Below are positions 14,978 to 27,906 of a DNA stretch of 63,370 bases, piece after piece. The position numbers were made by a program, and so were the translations under genes. How positions within the stretch are numbered: the stretch's first letter is position 1; every line of letters starts with the position of its first letter. The notes beneath the pieces are model-generated. The model saw only the letters and a list, made by a program, of their open reading frames with translations, ran no database searches and was not told the origin of the DNA. The stretch is taken from positions 1-63,370 of the forward strand of contig JAZDJU010000010.1 of assembly GCA_043803685.1 (NCBI GenBank), given 5' to 3'. The stretch is from Candidatus Omnitrophota bacterium (GTDB lineage Bacteria > Omnitrophota > Omnitrophia > Omnitrophales > Aquincolibacteriaceae).

Positions 14978-16195
14978 ATGATCCAATTTCCGAAGGATTT
15001 TCTCTGGGGAGCGGCGACGGCGGCTTATCAAGTGGAAGGCGGTAATTCCCGCGCGGATTGGTGGCGTTGGGAAAAAGAGGCCGGCAAAGAAAATTCAGGT
15101 GACGCCTGCCGTCATTATGATCTCTATGAATCTGATTTTGAGCTTGCGAGAGAGCTGGGTCATAACGCTCACCGTCTTTCCGTAGAATGGAGCCGCATGG
15201 AGCCGGAAGAGGGGAAGTTCTCCGGCGAAGCGCTCGAGCATTATATCGCCGTCCTTTCGGCCTTAAAGGCGCGGAATATCGAGCCGGTCGTGACACTGCA
15301 CCATTTTACGAACCCGGTCTGGCTTGCCGATGCCGGCGGCTGGGAAAATAAAAAGGCCGTGGCTTTTTTTCTGCGCTATTCGGAGTACGTCGTCCGCGGT
15401 CTGGCCAAGTATGTTCGCTATTGGATCACGATCAACGAACCCACGATCTATTTTTCCCACGCCTATCTTCTGGGCGTGTGGCCGCCGCAGAAGAAGTCGC
15501 TCTGGAAAACGAAGGTCGTGAGTGACCATTTGACCGAGGCGCATATCGGGGTCTATCGCCTGATCCATCAGATATATAAGGAAGAGAGTCTTCCCCGGCC
15601 TTCAGTTAGCATTGCTCAGCACATGCAGGCCTTCGTGCCATGCACACCCAGCGCCAAGAACAAGCTTGCCACGGCTTTGCGCCACCGGTGGTTCAATCTG
15701 GGGCTCATTGAGACGTTCGTGCGTCATAAGGCCTTGGACTTTATCGGGCTCAATTATTACTCGCGGCAGTTGGTGGATCTGGAGCGATGGGGGTTTCGGA
15801 ACCTCGCAACGGACGTCTGCAAAAAGGATCATCATCCGGTCAAAAAGAACGCGCTGGGCTGGGACATCTATCCGGAAGGATTGTGCGATCTTTTGCTCAA
15901 GCTTAAAAAATACGGTCTCCCTATCATGATCACCGAGAACGGGATCTGCACAGCGGATGATACGCTTCGGTGGGAATTCATAGCGGGTCATTTGCAGAGC
16001 ATTCACAAAGCCCTGGAGCAAGGCGTTGCTGTGACGGGTTATCTTTATTGGTCGCTTCTGGATAATTTTGAATGGGACAAGGGATTTGGCCCTCGGTTTG
16101 GGCTGATCGGTATGGATTACAAGACGCAGAAGCGAACCGTCCGCGAAAGCGCCGTCAAATTCAGCGATGTTTGTAAGACGGGGACCTTAGATTAG
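14978..16195 (+). CDS. Glycoside hydrolase family 1 (beta-glucosidase-like)
   Basis: FPKDFLWGAATAAYQVEG, TINEP (acid/base), ITENG (nucleophile), WSLLDNFEW. Confidence 0.96.
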   Translation: MIQFPKDFLWGAATAAYQVEGGNSRADWWRWEKEAGKENSGDACRHYDLYESDFELARELGHNAHRLSVEWSRMEPEEGKFSGEALEHYIAVLSALKARNIEPVVTLHHFTNPVWLADAGGWENKKAVAFFLRYSEYVVRGLAKYVRYWITINEPTIYFSHAYLLGVWPPQKKSLWKTKVVSDHLTEAHIGVYRLIHQIYKEESLPRPSVSIAQHMQAFVPCTPSAKNKLATALRHRWFNLGLIETFVRHKALDFIGLNYYSRQLVDLERWGFRNLATDVCKKDHHPVKKNALGWDIYPEGLCDLLLKLKKYGLPIMITENGICTADDTLRWEFIAGHLQSIHKALEQGVAVTGYLYWSLLDNFEWDKGFGPRFGLIGMDYKTQKRTVRESAVKFSDVCKTGTLD

Positions 16196-16199
16196 ACCC

Positions 16200-16301
16200 G
16201 TCATTGCGAGTTCCTGTGCTTTCTTGTGAGAGAAAGTGCAGGAGCGAAGCAATCTGAACCACAAGATCGCCACGGCTCGCCTTCGGCGGCCTCGCGATGA
16301 C
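16200..16301. repeat. REP-like palindromic element (GTCATTGCGAG...CTCGCGATGAC family)
   Basis: Terminal inverted repeats with internal gaagcaatct/agatcgccac. Related copy at 60616-60689. Confidence 0.75.
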
Positions 16302-16307
16302 AGGAAT

Positions 16308-16340
16308 AAAAAAGCGCGGGTTTTTAAGCCCGCGCTTTTT
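16308..16340. terminator. Bidirectional intrinsic terminator
   Basis: aaaaaagcgcggg-tttttaag-cccgcgcttttt between convergent genes. Confidence 0.8.
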
Positions 16341-16368
16341 GCTTTTAAAGTCTTTTCCGGGGATCGCT

Positions 16369-17145
16369 TCAACTTTTCGCGTACATGACCTTCAGCTGTT
16401 CGATCGTCGGTTTTTGCGTGTAGTACTCGCCTTCCGGACCGACATAGCCGTCCTTCGTCTTCGTGACTTTCACTTTCGTGATACTGCCGTTCTTGTTCGG
16501 GATGTCGAACATTAACTCCGCGGGCTCCGGCCTTTCCGCGACTGCGGAGTCTTTCGCGTACATCGCCTTCAATTGATCAATGGTCGGATAATCAGGATAG
16601 AACTCTCCGTTCGGGCCGACGTAGCCGTCGCTGTATTTTTGTAAAGTGACAGGGATGTAGCTGCCGTTGGGGTTCGGGACCGTGACCACGACCGTTTTTT
16701 CCGGGGCTTCGACCGCCGGGGCGTTCGAGGAGACCACCGAAGGCGGTGGTGTCACAACCGTGTATCCCGTGGGTTGTTTGACGTAATAGGCGCTATTGTA
16801 ATAATAGTAATCGGTTTTATCGTAAACGATCACCTTGTGTCTTTCTGGCAAGGCTGTGATCATGGCTCCTCGCGGAGCTGAGACGATCACATAGCCGGAG
16901 GGGGTTTCCTGGTAATAGGTGCCTTCCAGGTAGTAATAGAGCATGTCCGCTACACGCAGAGGAATACAGCCCCACGGACGGGGGTAATAGTGGGGGCGTG
17001 GTTGCGCGCGGTGAAAAGAATGTCCCCGGTACGGATCCGGGCGGGGCTGCGGACGTTGTGCGAATGAATCGGTTGCTTGGGTGAAACAAAAAGCACTTAG
17101 AGCCAAAATTATAAGTAAGGTGCGATGGCTTGTGGGGCGTTCCAT
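16369..17145 (-). CDS. Exported Pro/Tyr-rich hypothetical protein (DUF6515-like) with duplicated C-terminal motif
   Basis: Signal peptide. YYYxxGxYY..PxGYxxV repeats. Two copies of PNxNGS...DGYVGPxGE.Y...PTI.QLK.MYAK. Confidence 0.75.
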   Translation of the reverse strand: MERPTSHRTLLIILALSAFCFTQATDSFAQRPQPRPDPYRGHSFHRAQPRPHYYPRPWGCIPLRVADMLYYYLEGTYYQETPSGYVIVSAPRGAMITALPERHKVIVYDKTDYYYYNSAYYVKQPTGYTVVTPPPSVVSSNAPAVEAPEKTVVVTVPNPNGSYIPVTLQKYSDGYVGPNGEFYPDYPTIDQLKAMYAKDSAVAERPEPAELMFDIPNKNGSITKVKVTKTKDGYVGPEGEYYTQKPTIEQLKVMYAKS

Positions 17146-17320
17146 GAATGTGTTCCTCCTTAGAAGTGAATGAAATGTTGGGTTTGTTCCTTTGCCCTAT
17201 AGACACGCAATCTCTCCGAAAAGTTCCTCGTGGGATAAAAAAATCTAAAATAAGACCGGGGTTGTACAATACGTTTATGGAGCCCCTGCAAGATAAGCAA
17301 TATCCGGAGGAGAATTGATC

Positions 17321-18064
17321 ATGGCATTCGGGACCAGAAAGAACACTTGGGTTTTGTTCGGAGCCTTTGCTTTGATGGGTCTTTTCCTGGCAGGGGCGTC
17401 TTTTTTTGACTGGGGCCGCCGGCCTTTTCTGCGTCATTTGTGGGATCGGCCGTTCCTGATGTCCCTCAAGATCCTTCTGATCGTGGCGGCTGCCTTGTGG
17501 ATCTTGAAGTGGGTCAAGCACAAGGTGCTGCCAGAGCGATGGCTCAAATGGGTCTACGGGATCCTTTTCCTTCCGGTCCTGCTCCTGCCCATCTTCCGGT
17601 GTTATTTTAAAGTGCCTTATATTTTTTGCCGTGTTTGTCCGCATAAGTGCCCCTGGGGGATCTTAAGGAGCTTTGCGTTCCCTGCCTTCCTCTTTCTGAA
17701 TCTTTCAAATAAATCCTGGTGTACGGTCCTTTGTCCTTTCGGAACATTCCAGGAATGCCAAGCCCAGGTTTCTCCCAAGCGACTCAAGCTTCCCTCATGG
17801 GCCAGTCTTTCAGCCTATTTTTTCTTGTTTCTGGCAGCCGGTCTCTATCTTTTGACCTTGGTGGATGCATCGTGGGTGGAATTCTTCGAAGGGGGGCATT
17901 ACTCCTGGATGGAAGTCACGGTGGGGGTCGCTCTTTTGATCCTGGGAGTTGCTTTCTTCATTCCCAAGTTCGGGTGCCGGTACTTCTGCCCCGTGGGTAC
18001 GATCGACAGGATGGTCACGGATCTTCGATGTGTCCCAAACAAGCCCCACAAAGAAGCTGTTTAA
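17321..18064 (+). CDS. Membrane 4Fe-4S-binding protein (NapH/YccM-like)
   Basis: Several TM helices. CxxCPxxCPxG and two CxxxCPxGT motifs. Confidence 0.8.
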   Translation: MAFGTRKNTWVLFGAFALMGLFLAGASFFDWGRRPFLRHLWDRPFLMSLKILLIVAAALWILKWVKHKVLPERWLKWVYGILFLPVLLLPIFRCYFKVPYIFCRVCPHKCPWGILRSFAFPAFLFLNLSNKSWCTVLCPFGTFQECQAQVSPKRLKLPSWASLSAYFFLFLAAGLYLLTLVDASWVEFFEGGHYSWMEVTVGVALLILGVAFFIPKFGCRYFCPVGTIDRMVTDLRCVPNKPHKEAV

Positions 18065-18103
18065 TCACTCGTGTTTCGGCAAGATCCGGCATATAATGCA
18101 GGC

Positions 18104-19381
18104 ATGACAAACTCTATACCTCAGCATTCACATCCGACACCATCATTAGCGCAACCCACTCCCGCAAGTTTCTACGGGTTGGGGATAGCCCCGCATATTC
18201 TAGAAACTCTGGAAAGAATGAAGTTCCACACTCCTACGCCGATCCAGCAGAAAGCCATTCCGCTTGCGGTGGCAGGGCAGGACGTGATCGGGATCGCGCA
18301 GACGGGGACCGGGAAGACCTTGGCGTTCGGGGTGCCGATGGTCCAGCGTCTTACGCAGACCAAGGGCCGCGGATTGATCCTTGTGCCGACGCGTGAGTTG
18401 GCCTATCAAGTTCATCAGAGCATTCATAAGTTGGATCCCAAGATCAAATTCGCTATCCTGATCGGTGGCGCTTCCATGCACAACCAGATCCAGGAACTGC
18501 GTCAGCACCCCCGCATTTTGATCGCGACACCGGGCCGTCTGATCGATCATATGGAACAACGCTATGTGTTCTTGAACGAGATCAGTATTCTTGTGATGGA
18601 CGAGGCCGACCGGATGCTCGACATGGGGTTTGCGCCTCAGATCCAGAAGATCCTTCGGTCGCTTCCCAAGGAACGTCAGACCATGCTTTTCTCCGCCACG
18701 ATGCCGGAGACCATCATGAAGATCGCGACGTCCCAGATGAAATTGCCGGTCCATATCGAGATCGCGAAATCCGGGACGGTGGCGGAGAAGATCACGCAGG
18801 AAGTCTTTGTCGTGAAAAAGGAAGCCAAGCGGGATCTTCTCAAGAAGATCCTCGTGCAGTACAAGGGCACCATCCTTATTTTTTCAAGGACCAAGATCGG
18901 CGCCTACAAGATCACCCGATCGATCCGCGAAATGGGGTACAACGCCGCCGAGATCCACGCCGACCGGTCGCTTTCACAGAGACGGGAAGCACTCGAAGGG
19001 TTCAAATCGGGGAAATATCGCATCCTTGTGGCGACCGATATCGCGGCGCGAGGCATTGATGTGAAGGGGATCGAGCTTGTCCTCAACTACGATCTTCCGG
19101 ATGATTCCGAGAATTACATCCACCGCATCGGGCGCACGGGCCGAATCGGTGATAAGGGGCACGCAATTTCGTTCGCGACGCCCGAGCAGGGGAAAGACGT
19201 CAAGGACATCGAGAAACTGATGCGTATGGCGCTTCCTGTGGCCGAGCACCCTGAGATGAAGCTCGAAAGCTTTATCGAACACAAACCGACGAAGGTTGCT
19301 TCTTTTGGAGGCCGGCGTTTCGGACGGGGCGGCCGCTCCCGCGGCTACATCGCTCCGGCTTTCCGCAAGTCATCACGTTAA
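18104..19381 (+). CDS. DEAD-box RNA helicase (RhlE-like)
   Basis: Q motif, AQTGTGKT, PTRELA, TPGR, DEAD, SAT, ARGID, HRIGRTGR. Confidence 0.96.
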   Translation: MTNSIPQHSHPTPSLAQPTPASFYGLGIAPHILETLERMKFHTPTPIQQKAIPLAVAGQDVIGIAQTGTGKTLAFGVPMVQRLTQTKGRGLILVPTRELAYQVHQSIHKLDPKIKFAILIGGASMHNQIQELRQHPRILIATPGRLIDHMEQRYVFLNEISILVMDEADRMLDMGFAPQIQKILRSLPKERQTMLFSATMPETIMKIATSQMKLPVHIEIAKSGTVAEKITQEVFVVKKEAKRDLLKKILVQYKGTILIFSRTKIGAYKITRSIREMGYNAAEIHADRSLSQRREALEGFKSGKYRILVATDIAARGIDVKGIELVLNYDLPDDSENYIHRIGRTGRIGDKGHAISFATPEQGKDVKDIEKLMRMALPVAEHPEMKLESFIEHKPTKVASFGGRRFGRGGRSRGYIAPAFRKSSR

Positions 19382-19403
19382 TTGTTTCTTTTGTTGTTCA
19401 GAG

Positions 19404-19436
19404 GGGGTCAGGCGCCACGGTGCCTGACCCCTTTTT
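19404..19436 (+). terminator. Intrinsic terminator
   Basis: ggggtcaggcgc-cacg-gtgcctgacccc followed by T5. Confidence 0.85.
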
Positions 19437-19504
19437 GTTTTAATTTGATTCCTGGATGGCGATAGAGTAATCTTTTTGCGAGGCGCTATCCTTGAGAGGG
19501 GGGA

Positions 19505-19837
19505 ATGATGACGGAATCATTTCAAAAAGAAGAGATCGAGGCAAGTATCTCCGTGGATGTTTTTTCGGTCTCCGCGGCGATGGTCGGGGTATGTCTTACG
19601 GTCATTCAGCTGATCCAGATGAATGCGGCGCAGAAACCTATCACGATCGTTGATGAGGTTCTGGCTGCTGACGCGATCGTTTTTATGTTGGCCTGCGTTT
19701 TCTCCTTTCTTGCGCTCAAGAGCAAAAGACGCTCCGGAATGAAGAAGATCCTGGAAAACATCGGCGACGGATGCTTTTTACTCGCGATCTCCACGATGGT
19801 GGTGGCGATCACTCTGGTGGTGCATACGTTTCTCTGA
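19505..19837 (+). CDS. Small membrane protein, three predicted TM helices, unknown function
   Basis: 110-aa ORF with hydrophobic helices and an RBS-like gaggggg. Confidence 0.7.
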   Translation: MMTESFQKEEIEASISVDVFSVSAAMVGVCLTVIQLIQMNAAQKPITIVDEVLAADAIVFMLACVFSFLALKSKRRSGMKKILENIGDGCFLLAISTMVVAITLVVHTFL

Positions 19838-19863
19838 GAGTTTTACGAAGAGGCGTGGGGCAT

Positions 19864-19907
19864 AAAAAAAGGGGGACAGGCACGTGTTCGGTGCCCGTCC
19901 CCCTTTT
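19864..19907. terminator. Bidirectional terminator downstream of groEL2
   Basis: A7-gggggacaggcac...gtgcccgtccccc-T4. Confidence 0.8.
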
Positions 19908-19922
19908 ACGTTTTTGAACCGA

Positions 19923-21551
<1,629 letters not shown>

Positions 21552-21554
21552 GGG

Positions 21555-21848
21555 TTACTCCTTCTCGTAAACGGCGAGGATTTCGCTCTCTTTGACGATC
21601 TTGTGCTTGACGCCGTCGATCAAGATATCGTCGCCGGAGTATTTGCCGAAAAGAACGCGATCACCTTTTTTAACTTCAATGGCCTGGAGCTTTCCCGATT
21701 CGAGCATTTTCCCGGTCCCGATCGCGATGACCTTACCCTCGGTCTTTTCTTCTTTCGCGGTGTCCGGAAGGATAATGCCCCCCTTGGTTTTCGATTCCGC
21801 TTCAAGAACTTCTACGAGCACTCTGTCTGCTAACGGTCTGACTTTCAT
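21555..21848 (-). CDS. groS: Co-chaperonin GroES
   Basis: [27 protein letters not shown]. Confidence 0.98.
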   Translation of the reverse strand: MKVRPLADRVLVEVLEAESKTKGGIILPDTAKEEKTEGKVIAIGTGKMLESGKLQAIEVKKGDRVLFGKYSGDDILIDGVKHKIVKESEILAVYEKE

Positions 21849-21875
21849 GTTTGTGTCTCCTTTTGTTTTTTATTT

Positions 21876-21937
21876 GTCATTCCCGCAAAAGCGGGAATCC
21901 AGTTTCTGGATCCCCGATTAAAACATTCGGGGATGAC
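21876..21937. repeat. REP-like element with ATTCCC-N8-GGGAAT (dRS3-like) core
   Basis: gtcattcccgcaaaagcgggaatccag...tggatccccg...cggggatgac. Second copy at 45272-45352. Confidence 0.8.
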
Positions 21938-21956
21938 CTGCCTTGCGGCAGATCGG

Positions 21957-23711
<1,755 letters not shown>

Positions 23712-23808
23712 CTATTCTATGCGGCAGGCTCTAAAAATCAAGCGAATTTTTAACCACGTAAACCTACGAGGTCTACATTTGGCCACCGCGTAGGTGGAGG
23801 AGGGTGCG

Positions 23809-24567
23809 CTATTGTTTGCGGTGTTCTCGCCAAAGGGCAAGGAGGGACTTGATGGAATGTTTTGGGTCGATCGTGTCGATATGTTTTGTATACCGGGAAA
23901 TCGTTGTCGCAAGGCCCCCTGTGGCCAAGACTCGAAGATTCTTCCCGTATCTCTCCTTAAACCTCATGATCAGCTCATCGGTCATGGCGCCATAACCTTC
24001 AAGGATGCCTGTTTCCATGCATGCGCGGGTATCCGTCCCAATAAAACAATTTGTCCTATTGGGAAAGGGAAGTCCCTTTGGGAGGAGAGAGGCCTTCTGG
24101 CCAAGAGCTTTGTAGGCTGTCTCGGGTCCTGGAATGATCATCCCCCCACGAAAGGAGCCCTTGGAGTTGATATAATCGAAGGTGATGGCTGTTCCGTAAT
24201 CGATCACAAGCATGGGGAGGCGATACATTCGGATGGCGCCGTAAACATTGACCTTTCTGTCAACGCCTAAGCTGCTGTAATTATTGTAGTTATGGTGTAT
24301 TTTAATGGGGAGATTTCTTCCAGCGATCCATACTTTTAAGCCTTCGACCTCTTTTATCTGTTTCTTGATGAAAGTTGTTATTTTAGGGAATACAGAGCTT
24401 ATAATGACATCCAGATTAACTTCATTACCACATCTAATCAATTTAAAGGCATATTTTGGGATAGCATTGTATTTCATCGATGAGAAATTAGCCAAACGGC
24501 CACCCTCATAGAATCCGACCGTTGCCGCTGTATTGCCAATATCAATAGCTAGTATACGTTTGACCAT
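23809..24567 (-). CDS. coaX: Type III pantothenate kinase
   Basis: LAIDIGNT, LGVDR, VIDYGTAIT, GGMIIPG, ATGG. Confidence 0.94.
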   Translation of the reverse strand: MVKRILAIDIGNTAATVGFYEGGRLANFSSMKYNAIPKYAFKLIRCGNEVNLDVIISSVFPKITTFIKKQIKEVEGLKVWIAGRNLPIKIHHNYNNYSSLGVDRKVNVYGAIRMYRLPMLVIDYGTAITFDYINSKGSFRGGMIIPGPETAYKALGQKASLLPKGLPFPNRTNCFIGTDTRACMETGILEGYGAMTDELIMRFKERYGKNLRVLATGGLATTISRYTKHIDTIDPKHSIKSLLALWREHRKQ

Positions 24568-24631
24568 AGCGTTTTTGTCTCGATCTTTTATTTACCACTT
24601 TGTATTCAAAATGAGATCAATTTTGGGATGT

Positions 24632-25189
24632 CTACGACTTTATTGTGCCATTTTTATATAACTCGGAGCACTTCATGCCCATTTCATCAAGAATATGGCC
24701 TAAAATTTCATCGATCGCGTAGCTTGTTCCCGTCATGATCTTCATCGAAATTCCCTCTTGGGGAAGTTCCGACATCTCCGCATTGACGTTCAGGCCGATG
24801 CCGATGACCACGGCCTCCAACTTCGAGGGGGAGGATAGGGCCTCCACCAGGGTGCCGCAGATCTTCCTCGAGCCAACCATCACATCGTTGGGTCGCTTGA
24901 ACTCAGAGGCGATAGCATACTTCTCTTTAAGGACTTTGGCAACCGCGCGGCAGGCGACCTGTGTCAGGATCGGGGCCTGGGCCTGGCTGAGCGGCGGCCT
25001 GAGAAGGATCGAACAAAGGAGATTCTTCCCCATGGGGGAGAGCCACTGCCGTCCAGGCTTCCCTCGTCCTTCTGTTTGATGGTCCGAAATAATGACTAAA
25101 CCCTCGGGTTCACCTTGTCTTGCCGCATCCAGGGCAAGCGTGTTCGTGGATGAAACCTCGGGAATATGCTGTATCTTGAATTGGATCAT
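24632..25189 (-). CDS. birA: Biotin protein ligase, catalytic domain only
   Basis: SSTN, QTEGRGKPGRQW, KRPND, RKICGTL, GIGLN. No N-terminal HTH. Confidence 0.9.
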   Translation of the reverse strand: MIQFKIQHIPEVSSTNTLALDAARQGEPEGLVIISDHQTEGRGKPGRQWLSPMGKNLLCSILLRPPLSQAQAPILTQVACRAVAKVLKEKYAIASEFKRPNDVMVGSRKICGTLVEALSSPSKLEAVVIGIGLNVNAEMSELPQEGISMKIMTGTSYAIDEILGHILDEMGMKCSELYKNGTIKS

Positions 25190-25245
25190 AAGAGCCGATC
25201 TTGATTTTGTGTCACGGACCTGCCACTCGCGATTTTTAAAAAAGT

Positions 25246-27795
25246 TTATTCCGGGAACCTGGAGCGGTCGAGCTCGAAGATTCTGACGCAAGTCCCGCCG
25301 GATAGGGATCCTTCGCTAATAAACGGCTTAAAAAAAGAGAGGCCTTCCGCTTGTAGGTAATACAACCGGAAGAGCATCGACCGGATAAGCTTCGCGTCTG
25401 CCATGACCGCATAAAGCGATTTCCCGTCCTGGAAAAGAAGGACCGAAAGATCCGTCAAAGGGTCGGCATAGATCTTTTCGACCAACTGTCCCTGATCGAG
25501 ATAGAAGAGACTCACGGGCCGGGTGATCCGTTTTTTGGATGGCTCTGCGATCAGCGTATCCTTGATCGCCCAGTTCACCTTCACACAAGGATCGGCGCCG
25601 AATGTAAGTTCGTCTCCTTCTTGACTCACCAGCGGCAAGGCGGGGCGATAATCCAGGAATTTCCCCGTGATGTCTAAAAAAACCTGGAGATAACTCGGAG
25701 GCGTCTTGTTTCCCAACCGGCCCCAAACAGCTTCCAGGCCCGTCTTCTGCCGCGTTCGCCATGCTTCTGCTTTCCTGAAATCCCACCGGGCGAACCGGGT
25801 CAGAGCAACATTTTTTTCGATCAAATCGCTGTCGAGAGAGACGTACATGGGAGGCAGCGCTTCCTTGCCATGGGTCCTGTCGAGAAACGCATTTTTCTGC
25901 TGCGCGGTCATGGACGAAGGCAGCGCTGAAAACGCTTCTTTTCTCCCAAGTCTCACGATCTTCAGGATGAGCTCGACCGCATCCGCGGTTTTCATGCCGG
26001 ATCTTTCCAAAAATTCAGCCGCGTTGTCCCTGCGGGTGTCCAGCATGCGAAGGATCCCGGCGGATAAATCCTCATCGTCGGTAAAGAACGCTCGCGCGAG
26101 CCAATACATCACGTGAGTGTTCTGAGTGCCTCCGTCCACGGGAACCCGGCGACGGCCGATCGCGCTGATAAAATAGCCCGGCGACCATGAGCTGTTGACG
26201 ATCGCGTCTTCCGGCGTCCGGGTCCTCAACTGCTGGAACGCCCGGAACCAAACATCGTCCATGATGAGCCGGCTCTCGCGAGCGGAGTTATGCGCGGCTC
26301 CAAGGATCGGCGTAAAAAAGATCAGGGACATCAAAAGGATCGCTGCGGGTTTCCTGCATTTCGCGAGAAAATCCGGAGCCGGGCTATTCCATGGCCACGG
26401 ACCCAGGAGCCGCGACAGATTTTCCGCCGCAAAACCCACGAACACCGACAGCGGAAGCGCGAGTAGAACGGCGAATCTCACCGACTGAAGCGTCATCAAA
26501 AAAAGGGGCATGCCGACCAGAACAAAGAAAAGGATCCTGAAAAGGCCGTATGGCTCCTTGCTGAGAAGAACGCGCCTTGTCTCGAGCGCGATCCCAAGGA
26601 TCGCAAAACTGAAAGTGACATAATTGCCTGTCTTGTGGATCAACCCGTTCACCGAAGTGGGCATGATCTCGCCCAGGGTGGGCAAGATGCTCGGCCAGAG
26701 ATCGAATTTCAAAAACATGAAATCCTGAAACGCTCCCCACGCCATGCGGATCGAATCGACCATGCCGGCCGGCGTAATGAACAGAGCCAGGAACACCATT
26801 GTCCCTGATCCATACCCCCCAAGGAATCTGAAAGCAGTCCGGACCACCGGAGGAGGTTTCATCTTGCCAAGCAGGGTCATGATCCCAGCGCTCACCAGAA
26901 GGCCGCCGGAGGTCAGAACGAAAATAAAGAGCCACCCATGCCAGAAAAGAACATAAAGACCCGTCAAGCATGCCGCGCTCAGCGCATAAAGCAGTATGTT
27001 TTTCCCTTGTCTCATCGCCATAAGAACGAGGGAAAGGATCGCCAGAGGAAAAAGGTGATTGTAAGGATCCGTGTCGTACCAGCCTAAGGTGGTTCGCTGT
27101 ATAAAGATCGGCGAAAGCGCCAAGGTCGTCATGCCGAAGATCGAGGCGAGAAGACCCAAGCCGATGGCCCTGGAAAAGAGCCAAAAGACGAACGGGATCA
27201 AAAAGACCAGAAAAAGCGATCCGTACGCAACCGCTTCGACCACCGTAATGTCAGGGAAAAACCGGGAGAGGCATTTGTAATAGAAAGCGCCCACGTAGGG
27301 ATGAAGCAAGAAAGGCTCCCAAAATCCGACAGGCGCCATCCCGAGCGGGCTTAGGACCTTCCACGATCTTCTGGCCCCGCTCTGGCCGGTCTCCAGCACT
27401 TGTTCAGTCTGGTAGAGGTAATGGTAGGGGTCCGCTTCAGACAAGTATTTCAATCGCCAACTCCAGGGAACCCCCTTGGAGAGGCTTTGCGCCACGGTTT
27501 CGATCGCCGCGTTATATTGAACCGGATCTTTCCGGATCGCCTGCTCTGCCAGTTCCGCTAATTTCTTTTCTCTCTCACGCTCTGACGCTTCCGTGATTTC
27601 TCGTTTTGGGGTTTTTGATAACTGGTCTTTGATCCGGTTTTCAACGACTCTCTTGGCGATCTCGCGAGGTGATCCAAAATGAAGAAAGGGTCCGCCATGG
27701 ATCGCATAAGTCCGGAAATAGATGGCGAAAAAACTGACGACAAGGATTCCCATCAGCGCGGTGATCCCATAGACCCGCGTTCTTCTAGATCGCAT
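25246..27795 (-). CDS. STT3/PglB/AglB-family oligosaccharyltransferase-like protein
   Basis: EADPYHY, GWYDTD and TLGE motifs, many TM helices, and a periplasmic TPEDAIVNSSWSPGY..DGGTQ segment. Confidence 0.85.
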   Translation of the reverse strand: MRSRRTRVYGITALMGILVVSFFAIYFRTYAIHGGPFLHFGSPREIAKRVVENRIKDQLSKTPKREITEASEREREKKLAELAEQAIRKDPVQYNAAIETVAQSLSKGVPWSWRLKYLSEADPYHYLYQTEQVLETGQSGARRSWKVLSPLGMAPVGFWEPFLLHPYVGAFYYKCLSRFFPDITVVEAVAYGSLFLVFLIPFVFWLFSRAIGLGLLASIFGMTTLALSPIFIQRTTLGWYDTDPYNHLFPLAILSLVLMAMRQGKNILLYALSAACLTGLYVLFWHGWLFIFVLTSGGLLVSAGIMTLLGKMKPPPVVRTAFRFLGGYGSGTMVFLALFITPAGMVDSIRMAWGAFQDFMFLKFDLWPSILPTLGEIMPTSVNGLIHKTGNYVTFSFAILGIALETRRVLLSKEPYGLFRILFFVLVGMPLFLMTLQSVRFAVLLALPLSVFVGFAAENLSRLLGPWPWNSPAPDFLAKCRKPAAILLMSLIFFTPILGAAHNSARESRLIMDDVWFRAFQQLRTRTPEDAIVNSSWSPGYFISAIGRRRVPVDGGTQNTHVMYWLARAFFTDDEDLSAGILRMLDTRRDNAAEFLERSGMKTADAVELILKIVRLGRKEAFSALPSSMTAQQKNAFLDRTHGKEALPPMYVSLDSDLIEKNVALTRFARWDFRKAEAWRTRQKTGLEAVWGRLGNKTPPSYLQVFLDITGKFLDYRPALPLVSQEGDELTFGADPCVKVNWAIKDTLIAEPSKKRITRPVSLFYLDQGQLVEKIYADPLTDLSVLLFQDGKSLYAVMADAKLIRSMLFRLYYLQAEGLSFFKPFISEGSLSGGTCVRIFELDRSRFPE

Positions 27796-27906
27796 AGGTT
27801 ATTCTACTCCGTTAAGTATCTTTGACTCATGGGGGGCACTACAGCTTCGAGCTGGATGCCACAAAAGCGCTTGTTCGCTGTCCGGTACGAATTAACGAAC
27901 GCTCTG

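Noticed and set aside
24250..24720. AT-rich patch across coaX/birA as a foreign island
   Set aside because: It lies within intact housekeeping genes in a common birA-coaX arrangement, with no mobility signatures.
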